DNA of 64,000 nucleotides from Limnothrix sp. BL-A-16 (GTDB lineage Bacteria; Cyanobacteriota; Cyanobacteriia; CACIAM-69d): positions 2,464,001-2,528,000 of the forward strand of contig CP166615.1 in NCBI GenBank assembly GCA_041937175.2, written 5' to 3'. The translations under genes and the position numbers were made by a program. Under the pieces are notes generated by a model. It worked only from the letters and a program-made list of their open reading frames with translations, did no database searches and had not been told where the DNA came from. Positions 52,550 to 60,664 of the stretch are shown here, in pieces; within the stretch, counting starts at the first letter, position 1, and the number at the start of each line of letters is the position of its first letter.

Positions 52550-53674
52550 TCATGGTCTGGCCACCACCTCCTCCACTGACGATGGCCAATAGTTTCCCCA
52601 AGCCAAATTCAGCAACGTTCCTTGCATCTCACAGAGGCATTGCACCAGCCGCTGGGCAGTCCGCACCATTAATGGGCTAGTTTTCAAAAAAGCAGCCACC
52701 TGAACCGCCTGGGCCGATCGCTGCAAGGTGGGTGAAATGGCCGTTGCCGTGGTGATGAACGATCGCTCCTGCCATTGATCCAAATCCTCGCGAACCGCTT
52801 GCCAGTAAAGGACTTGGAATTGCACAAAGTCAAAATCGCACTCCCGCAGCACCCGCTCAATGCGGGCATAGCGATGCAGACACCAGTTGCGCAAAATCAC
52901 CCAAGATGGGTGTAAATCCCGCGCCAAAACCAGCTTGAACGCCCGTCGGCGCAACTGCGGCAAATAATCATCCACCCAAAAAACCATCATGTCGTGATAG
53001 GCCGGCGTGCCGATGCACGATCGATCCAAAACCGCCGCCCGATCGACCCCAAACCGATCCAACACCTCCTGGGGAAAGTAGCAGATCCCCTGGCGCGCAT
53101 CCTCATCGATGTCGCGCAGGTTGTTATAGAACTGATCGACCGCTCCAAAGTGATAGGCCGCCTCCCACTGGGACGGACTCAAAAACGGCAGAATCTGGAA
53201 AAAGGAACCCGCCAACGTCTCCAGCATCGTTTCATAGTCAGCTAGCGTTTCAATCCGTAGATTGTCCGTGTGGTAGGTCAAGATTGCATCCAGATACCGA
53301 TCCCACGACTGCACCGATAAGCGATCGCTCAGACTTGCCTCCGCATGAAACCAGCGCTGTTGCATTGTCGCCAGCAAACTGGCATCTTCTGTGACCATGG
53401 CCGCCGGGCCATGGCTCAGTAAACGCTTCCAAGAGCGATAGAACGCGAGGAAACTAGGCTGCTCCGTAGATGTGTGATTTTCTTTACAGACAAGTTCTGC
53501 CTCCGCCAATCGATCGACCTTACGAATCCAACCAATCCGTTCAATCCAGTCCCGTTGCACATCTGACTCGAGTCCTAAGACCCAAGCAGCATTATCTTCA
53601 TCCTTAAGAGAATCATCAGCAATCGCGCAGTATTGCGACGATTCGACCAGCTTGGCCACAGCCGATCCGTTCAT
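52550..53674 (-). CDS. Divergent squalene/phytoene synthase family protein
   Basis: QFYNNLRDIDEDARQGICYFP matches the second Asp-rich motif; the first motif is degenerate (VDRLAE). Confidence 0.75.
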   Translation of the reverse strand: MNGSAVAKLVESSQYCAIADDSLKDEDNAAWVLGLESDVQRDWIERIGWIRKVDRLAEAELVCKENHTSTEQPSFLAFYRSWKRLLSHGPAAMVTEDASLLATMQQRWFHAEASLSDRLSVQSWDRYLDAILTYHTDNLRIETLADYETMLETLAGSFFQILPFLSPSQWEAAYHFGAVDQFYNNLRDIDEDARQGICYFPQEVLDRFGVDRAAVLDRSCIGTPAYHDMMVFWVDDYLPQLRRRAFKLVLARDLHPSWVILRNWCLHRYARIERVLRECDFDFVQFQVLYWQAVREDLDQWQERSFITTATAISPTLQRSAQAVQVAAFLKTSPLMVRTAQRLVQCLCEMQGTLLNLAWGNYWPSSVEEVVARP

Positions 53675-54742
53675 GATGCACCCGTGAAATCCCTGACGCA
53701 CTCTATTAGAACTTTAGCCCCTTGTTCTGGTAGATGAACAAATACCACCAATTTCTAAGGAAGTCTTGGCCGTCAGGGGCGATCGCCCTTTGTTTTAGCA
53801 AGAAATGGCCAGACTTTATTGCTGTGTGACACCCCCTAATCTCAGGAATTGAGAGCATCAGCCAAATTCAGCCAGGATTGAAATTTAAAGCGCTTGTTTT
53901 CAGGCATGAAATTCTTTTTTTAGGCCATGAATTAGTGATGATTCTCAATCTTTAAAACACTTGTATTTTCTACTACATCAATTCAGAGAGAAATCCCTTA
54001 AGGTGTCTCGCCACTCAATTGGTGGTCTCCGCAAATTCTCGGAGCTAACGCCCCCAAGTGCCAGCCTTTGGTATGCGCAATCAGAACGACAACACGGAAG
54101 CCCCCTAAAAAAAGACACAGGCTAACAGGGCGCAAGTTTTGAACAACTGCCGCCGTTGACTGACTCGATCGCCGATCGAGTGCGCGCCTGTCTATGACTC
54201 AATCAAGGGCCTATCTTGCTGAACCTGAGGTTGGATTGAGACCAGATCAAGGCCGCTGCGTCCAACGGTCAGACTAAGGTTGACCCAAAATCGATACAAC
54301 CGAATGGATACGATAAGTGATCACAGGCGATGAGTAATTGCGGATCGCGCTGATCCCGATCCTGGCAAGATCATGCTGATCGCCCCTGATCATGGAAAGA
54401 CTCACCGGATTGCAACCCTGGACTACAAAGCGGGGCGATCGGCAAATCCAAGCGCGTTATGGCTAAGGGAAGAATTTTGGGTTCTGGGCCAGAGCGTGGG
54501 AAACTAGGGCAGCGATCACCCGCTGCTGGCAAGGGCGCATCTGGAAGCAGGTAAACTGCGCCGGCCGAAAGCAGCAACGCATTTTGGTAGCCCTGTTGGA
54601 ACGAATCCGCCGAGCCTCTGGGATGGTTTACAACACCCCCAATCGACCGTTACCAGTGCCTTTGACGCAACCGTTTCTGGTGTCCGCAAGAGTATTGTAA
54701 CGCCCCGAGGGGCGGGGAATCTACCCGGAGAGTATTGAACCC

Positions 54743-55729
54743 ATGTCGTTGTTTGATTGGTTTGCAAATCGTCGTAAGAGCGATCCGGCTGGACATTCAG
54801 GCCAAGAGCGAGAGATCGCCGATGGTCTCTGGACGAAGTGTGAAGCCTGCGGCGTTCTCGCCTACACGAAAGACCTTCAGGCAAATCAGATGGTTTGTCT
54901 GGATTGTGGGCATCATATGCGGGTCTATAGCGATGAGCGGATCCAGCAATTAATTGACCCGGGCACTTGGGTGGCGTTGGATCGGGATGTGCGCCCGGTG
55001 GATCCTCTGGGCTTTTTCGATCGCAAGTCCTATAGCGATCGAATTGTGGAGGCCCAAAGCAAGTCTGGTCTCATTGATGCGGTGCAAACGGGCTTGGGTG
55101 ATTTAGAAGGTCAGCCGATCGCCCTGGGGGTGATGGACTTTCGGTTCATGGGCGGCAGCATGGGATCCGTGGTGGGCGAAAAGCTAACCCGGGCGATCGA
55201 ACGAGCCACCGCTGAACGCCGGGCCATGGTGATTGTCTGCGCATCCGGGGGGGCCCGAATGCAGGAAGGAATGCTGAGTTTGATGCAAATGGCCAAAATT
55301 TCCGGGGCCCTGGAGCAGCATCGGGAGGCCGGCTGTCTCTACATCCCTGTGCTGACCCATCCCACCACGGGCGGTGTGACGGCCAGTTTTGCCATGCTCG
55401 GCGACATCATCATCGCCGAACCCAAAGCGTTGATTGGGTTTGCGGGCCGGCGGGTCATTGAACAAACCCTGCGGGAAAAGCTCCCGGATAACTTCCAAAC
55501 GGCGGAATATTTGCAACAAAACGGGTTTGTGGATGCGATCGTGCCGCGAACCCAACTGAAGTCTACGTTGGCCCGCTTGGTTCGGTTGCATCACGCTTCC
55601 CGGCGGGCGGTGTCCACGGCTCCCACGAATGGGGCCCGGCTGCGGGATGAGGTGATGCTGGATGGTCAACGGGATGGGTTGCATGTGGAACGTTCGATCG
55701 CCCCTGGTTCGATCGCAGCCCAGCCCTAA
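54743..55729 (+). CDS. accD: Acetyl-CoA carboxylase carboxyltransferase beta subunit
   Basis: [40 protein letters not shown]. Confidence 0.99.
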   Translation: MSLFDWFANRRKSDPAGHSGQEREIADGLWTKCEACGVLAYTKDLQANQMVCLDCGHHMRVYSDERIQQLIDPGTWVALDRDVRPVDPLGFFDRKSYSDRIVEAQSKSGLIDAVQTGLGDLEGQPIALGVMDFRFMGGSMGSVVGEKLTRAIERATAERRAMVIVCASGGARMQEGMLSLMQMAKISGALEQHREAGCLYIPVLTHPTTGGVTASFAMLGDIIIAEPKALIGFAGRRVIEQTLREKLPDNFQTAEYLQQNGFVDAIVPRTQLKSTLARLVRLHHASRRAVSTAPTNGARLRDEVMLDGQRDGLHVERSIAPGSIAAQP

Positions 55730-56290
55730 ATCCTCCCACCCGCGATCCTCTCACCGGCTCTCAGGAATTCGATTCGCCCAATTCGATTCGCTCCAGCAGC
55801 CCTCTTCAAGATTGCGGCCCGAAATTGCAACCCGAGATTGCAACCCGAGATTGCGATATGTTTCCGAACGATGGTTTCGGAATCCAGGTTCTACGGGGGA
55901 TCACCCCGCCCCCAAAGCGAGACTCGGGCCATGGGCTGAAAGCCTTGACCCCCAACGGTTATTCAGCCCCCGATCTCGGAAAGTCATGCCCACTGATGCG
56001 GCTTGAGTTGATAACTTGCTATCTCTCGGAGCCTGAAAGGCGGGGGCTTTGCCCTCAATCCGGTAAGATTAAAATCAACTTTTGGCTACCGCATTTTTTC
56101 TCCAAAACATTTACCGTTTAGGGCTTTGCCGGCCAAAGGCAACCGTTATCATTACCCGGCGATCGCTGGGTGAGACTCGGACACTTTGAAGAGACACCGG
56201 GGCCAACCCCGCTCCCATCGCTGGGCAGTGGAGAGGGCTTTGGGGTCAAACCACCGATCAACGCAGCCGTTTTAGCTGGCTGCCTAGATC

Positions 56291-56327
56291 GGGAATCCCC
56301 GTTGCTTTAGCATGGGGAGGATGTGAA
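56291..56327 (+). mobile_element. IS200/IS605-type right-end relic
   Basis: GGGAATCCCC-GTTGCTTTAGCAT-GGGGAGGATGTGAA resembles the GAATCCCC..TTTAG..GGGGAGGATGTCAA right end; no tnpA or tnpB nearby. Confidence 0.55.
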
Positions 56328-56441
56328 TTGTGGTTAGAGTGCCGCAGCGGGGGCGATCGCGCGATCCGAGCGACAATCTAGCCGGCTATAACATCGGCCT
56401 GACTTTGATCGAGATCAAGAGACTCAAGTCTAGAAAGAACC

Positions 56442-56939
56442 ATGCTGAAAAAGGTTGTTTTGCTAGTTGTAGCGGTGGCGTTTTTTGCCTTCCAACTGGC
56501 CGTTAGCCCCGTAAGCGCGGCGGAAATGAAGCCGGAACTGCGCACGGTCAAGGTCAACGAAAAGGGTGATACCGTCACCTTGACCCTGGAGCAAGTGGCT
56601 CTGGGCAAGAGATTGTTTAATGACACTTGTGCCCAGTGCCATGCGGGCGGTGTGACCAAGACCAGCCCTGATCTGGATCTGTCGCCTTCGACCTTGGCAG
56701 GTGCCATTCCTAGCCGCGATCACATCGCTGGTCTGGTGGACTACATGAAGAATCCGACCACCTACGACGGTGAAACGGAAATTTATGAACTGCACCCCAG
56801 CACCCGCAGTTCTGACATTTTCCCGGAGATGCGGAACCTGACCGATGAGGAATTGGAAGCGATCGCTGGTCATATTCTGAGCCAACCCAAGGTGATTGGT
56901 TCCCGCTGGGGCGCTGGTAAGACTCGTTATTCAACTTGA
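56442..56939 (+). CDS. psbV: Photosystem II cytochrome c-550
   Basis: Signal peptide, CAQCH, KNPTTYDG, HPS, WGAGK. Confidence 0.98.
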   Translation: MLKKVVLLVVAVAFFAFQLAVSPVSAAEMKPELRTVKVNEKGDTVTLTLEQVALGKRLFNDTCAQCHAGGVTKTSPDLDLSPSTLAGAIPSRDHIAGLVDYMKNPTTYDGETEIYELHPSTRSSDIFPEMRNLTDEELEAIAGHILSQPKVIGSRWGAGKTRYST

Positions 56940-57256
56940 TGAATGAGTGAATATGGAGGGCGATCGAGCAGCAAGGTAGATGATGCCCGATCGCGATGCC
57001 CTCAGGGTTCTCTGGATGGTTGTTTGATTCAGTTGCCCCATTCAGGACTCGTAATCGATTGCTTGCCCGGTTAACCGAAGGATGGTGGCCGGGTATTTGT
57101 TTGGAATTAATTGGGCCTCGGGATTAATTAGGCTCTGGGATTCCTTGAGCGGCGGCCACCCCGCAATTTTGCAGGGTAGAATCGAAAGGTCTCTGGGCTA
57201 AGGTTCCATGGCCGCATGAGTTCCACTAGCTGTGCCGTTTGCCCCGCGTCATCATC

Positions 57257-57712
57257 ATGTCTAAACGTCAGTCCGATCGATTTGCGCTGGGGATCCTGCT
57301 GGGGGCGGCAACTGGAGCCGTAGCAGGATTATTGTTGGCTCCCCGATCGGGTCGAGCTTCTCGCCAGCGTCTACAACAATCTTTGCAAAGCACTTTGCAA
57401 AACACCTTACAAAACACGGTGAAGCAATCGGGCGATCGCCTGCCGGGAGCGTTGGAGGAGTTGGGACAAGTGGTGCGCGACCAAGCGGCCATTTGGTCCG
57501 ATCGCACCCGCGATCGCCTGGAAGGGGCACTCGATCGACTGCGGGACGCGATCGCCAGCGGTGTGGCCGCCAGCCAAACGGTGGATCAGGAAGATGTCAG
57601 CTTGTCGGAAGCGGGCGACGCAATCCCAACCGGCTCAGCCCCAACTCCGAAGCCCCGCCAGTTGGCCTATAACCGAATGGCCGCCCCCATGACCCAAACG
57701 GGCGATCGCTAA
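57257..57712 (+). CDS. YtxH domain protein
   Basis: GILLGAATGAVAGLLLAPRSG...R. Confidence 0.88.
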   Translation: MSKRQSDRFALGILLGAATGAVAGLLLAPRSGRASRQRLQQSLQSTLQNTLQNTVKQSGDRLPGALEELGQVVRDQAAIWSDRTRDRLEGALDRLRDAIASGVAASQTVDQEDVSLSEAGDAIPTGSAPTPKPRQLAYNRMAAPMTQTGDR

Positions 57713-57738
57713 CGGCGCGCATTCCGTCCTCTGAACCC

Positions 57739-58533
57739 ATGATCGATCCGTTATTTTGGCTGGGGCTATCGTTTTTGCTCGTCAGTGTCTGCTTGGCGAT
57801 CGCCCTGGCCGCTGCCATTCCTGCCCTGCAAGAGTTGGGGCGGGCCGCCCGCAGTGCCGAGAAGTTATTTGACACCCTCACAAGAGAGTTGCCGCCCACC
57901 CTGGAAGCCATTCGCCTCACGGGTTTGGAAATTAGTGACCTGACGGATGACATGACCAGTGGCGTGCAAAGCGCCGGTCAAGTGGTGCAAAAGGTGGACA
58001 GCAGCTTGGATACGGCCCGGCGGCAAGCGCGGCGAGTGGGAGCCACGGCCCGGCGGGCGGCGGCAGGTCTTCAGGCCGCTTGGCAGGTGTTGGTGAAGCC
58101 TGGTCGCGATCGCCGTCGAGATAACCGATTGGAAGGGCGCAGTGAGCGGAATGAATTGCGGGGCGAATTGCGCGGCGACCTCAGGAACGATCGCAACGAA
58201 CGAAATGATCGCGATGAGAGAAACGACCCAAGAAATGAGGGGCTGAACCGGCGATCGGAACGGCCGGGACTGCCGAGTGGATCCACTTGGCAACCACCCG
58301 ATCGCTATGCGGAGGCCTACCTAGAAGACGAGCTGGATAATGATCTTGATGAAGATTTAGGGGATCTGGATTTAGAGGATCTCGATGAATTAGATCATCT
58401 AAACCATCGAGCCAACTACGATGATCCTTATCCCAGCAGCGATCAAAATCCAAGGAACGATCGAACCAGTGAATCAGGCACTCACTCAGACAGTGAATTT
58501 GGAGATGGAACCCTGGTTGAGCGATCGCAATGA
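57739..58533 (+). CDS. DUF948-like membrane protein with charged low-complexity tail
   Basis: MIDPLFWLGLS...ELGRAARSAEKLFDTL.RELPPTLEAIRLTGLEI. Confidence 0.8.
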   Translation: MIDPLFWLGLSFLLVSVCLAIALAAAIPALQELGRAARSAEKLFDTLTRELPPTLEAIRLTGLEISDLTDDMTSGVQSAGQVVQKVDSSLDTARRQARRVGATARRAAAGLQAAWQVLVKPGRDRRRDNRLEGRSERNELRGELRGDLRNDRNERNDRDERNDPRNEGLNRRSERPGLPSGSTWQPPDRYAEAYLEDELDNDLDEDLGDLDLEDLDELDHLNHRANYDDPYPSSDQNPRNDRTSESGTHSDSEFGDGTLVERSQ

Positions 58534-58542
58534 GCCTTCGAA

Positions 58543-59799
58543 ATGAGCCTTGATTTGCGGGACTGGCCCCTAAAACTCACTCCCTTAAAATTGACGGATT
58601 TACCCGAAACGGCCTATTTGGTCGGTGGAGCCGTGCGGGATGCCCTGTTGGGGCGGCAGCGGGAGGCGGTGGATTTGGATGTGGTGCTGGCGACGGGAGC
58701 GATCGAACTAGCCCGATCGATTGCTGGTCGCTACGATGCGGGGTTTGTGGTGCTAGATCGAGAACGCCAGATTGCGCGGGTGGTTTTTGCCCAGGGAACG
58801 CTGGATGTGGCGGCCCAGGTAGGCGACTCGATCGAGGCGGATCTGCGACGGCGGGACTTCACGGTGAATGCGATCGCCTATCAACCCCATCGCCAGGAAT
58901 GGGTTGATCCCCTCGAAGGCCGGCGAGATTTGGCCGATCGGGCCCTGCGAATGGTGTCCGTGGAAAACCTGCGGGAGGATCCCCTGCGATTGTTGCGGGC
59001 CTATCGAATCAGCGCCCAATTGAACCTTCAAATGGAGCCGACTACGGCCCAGGCGATCGCCCAACAGGTTCCGAATCTGCGGCTTGTGGCGGCCGAACGG
59101 GTGCGAGCCGAGTTGGACTATTTGTTGGAAACGCCCCGGGGCGATCGGGCGCTGATGGCGGCCAGTGAAATTCAGCTTTTGCGCGATTGGCTGCCCCCTT
59201 GGCAAGGACAGCATGGGGTAACGCTGCCGGCCCTATCCAAGGCGATCGGACAATTACAAAACCTTTGGCCCAATGCGCCCCTCGATTGTTCGCTGCCCAA
59301 TGGGCGATCGCCCTTGGCGGCGGCCCGGTTGGCCTGTTTATTGGGATCAGACTTGATGATCGCTCAACGGGCCCTGGAGCGACTCAAAACCAGCCGGGTT
59401 GATCAGCGCATTCTGTTGGCGATCCTGGCGGCCAAGGCGAGCCTACCGGCCGATCGCCAATCGCCGCTCGATCGCGCAGCTCAGTACCAATTTTGCAAGG
59501 CGGCGGGGGAAGGATTTTTGGCGGCCATGCTCCTGGCTTTGGCGGAAGGAACGGCCCCGATCGCCCTGGCCGAGGCGATCGCCCGTTGGCAAGATGTCAC
59601 CGATCCGGTAGCCCACCCCAGCCCACCGCTCACGGGTCACGAGTTGATGACGGAATTTGGCTTGCCCCGGGGGCCGATCGTCGGTCAACTGTTGGCGGCC
59701 TTGGAGCGGGCCCAGGCCCTTGGGCAAATTCAGGGATCCGAAGGCGCTCGGCAGTTTGCCCAACGCTGGCTTCAGTCAGCCCAATCCTTCCCGACATAG
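58543..59799 (+). CDS. CCA-type tRNA nucleotidyltransferase / poly(A) polymerase family
   Basis: YLVGGAVRD..DLD, RRDFTVNA, EDPLRLLRAYR, AERVRAEL. Confidence 0.93.
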   Translation: MSLDLRDWPLKLTPLKLTDLPETAYLVGGAVRDALLGRQREAVDLDVVLATGAIELARSIAGRYDAGFVVLDRERQIARVVFAQGTLDVAAQVGDSIEADLRRRDFTVNAIAYQPHRQEWVDPLEGRRDLADRALRMVSVENLREDPLRLLRAYRISAQLNLQMEPTTAQAIAQQVPNLRLVAAERVRAELDYLLETPRGDRALMAASEIQLLRDWLPPWQGQHGVTLPALSKAIGQLQNLWPNAPLDCSLPNGRSPLAAARLACLLGSDLMIAQRALERLKTSRVDQRILLAILAAKASLPADRQSPLDRAAQYQFCKAAGEGFLAAMLLALAEGTAPIALAEAIARWQDVTDPVAHPSPPLTGHELMTEFGLPRGPIVGQLLAALERAQALGQIQGSEGARQFAQRWLQSAQSFPT

Positions 59800-59897
59800 C
59801 CAACCTTTGCGGGCCAACCTTTGCGGGTCGATCACGAAAGGCAATCTCAAGGCGATCGAGATGCGCTATGCTAGGTGGGCTGAACGGGAAATGGAAC

Positions 59898-60080
59898 ATG
59901 GCAAAGCGCCGTAACCTCAAAAAAGAAAAAGCACAGCGTAACTTGGCTTACGCACGTAAATTCCGCAAGCGCTCCAATAGTGGACGGATGCACCGCTCTC
60001 GTCGCCCGTCTGCATCGGCCGAAGCGGAAACCAATGAAGAGGAAACGACCACCGACGTTCAAGACGGTGCAGCGGTCTAA
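59898..60080 (+). CDS. Small protein (60 aa) with very basic N-half and acidic C-tail
   Basis: MAKRRNLKKEKAQRNLAYARKFRKRS...EAETNEEETTTDVQDG; it is the 3' part of track ORF 59493-60080. Confidence 0.75.
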   Translation: MAKRRNLKKEKAQRNLAYARKFRKRSNSGRMHRSRRPSASAEAETNEEETTTDVQDGAAV

Positions 60081-60280
60081 CCCAACCCAAGTCTCTCTTC
60101 TATGGCCGAAGCGGCCTGTGGCTAAAAACGTTTTGGGTTTCCTTGCTCCGTCGTGGATCCAATTTTCCATTAACCTTTGGGTTGTGCCATGGATTGGGTT
60201 TAACCCACGGCCGGAGCCAGAAGCACCCGATTGCGGCTTTGAGGAAGCGCAGCAGTTCTATTAACTGTTGCGCTTCTCTG

Positions 60281-60358
60281 TTTTTGCCATTTATTTTTGC
60301 CATTTGTTTTTGCCATTTATTTTTGCCATTTATTTTTGCCATTTATTTTTGCCATTTA
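60281..60358. repeat. 13 bp tandem repeat TTTTTGCCATTT(A/G), 6 copies
   Basis: Seen directly. Confidence 0.9.
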
Positions 60359-60478
60359 TTTTGAGGATCATCTCACTTGACCAAAGGCAACGGCCGAGTC
60401 AGGCGTTGTAGATGTGGGAAATTAGACCGCTTTCACGAAAATCCCTTTCCTCCAGATCGGCCGATCAACGATCATTTT

Positions 60479-60562
60479 GTAGGTTGGGTTGAGGCACGAA
60501 ACCCAACCACAGCAAGGTTCGTAGTGATCGAGTTGGGTTTCGCAAAGCTCAACCCAACCTAC
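60479..60562. repeat. Inverted GTAG REP doublet (second family)
   Basis: GTAGGTTGGGTTGAG..GAAACCCAAC followed by GTTGGGTTTC..CTCAACCCAACCTAC. Confidence 0.85.
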
Positions 60563-60664
60563 CGAAGAACCAAGCATTTGAGCGCTTTGTCAATCAATCA
60601 GTAATCTTGGAAAGGAATTTATAGTTGCTTTATCAATCAGCTCTAAAGACCTCGTTAAAGATTT

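Noticed and set aside
60100..60364. ORFs MAKINGKNKWQK... and ...FAICFCHLF
   Set aside because: They are translations of the 13 bp tandem repeat.
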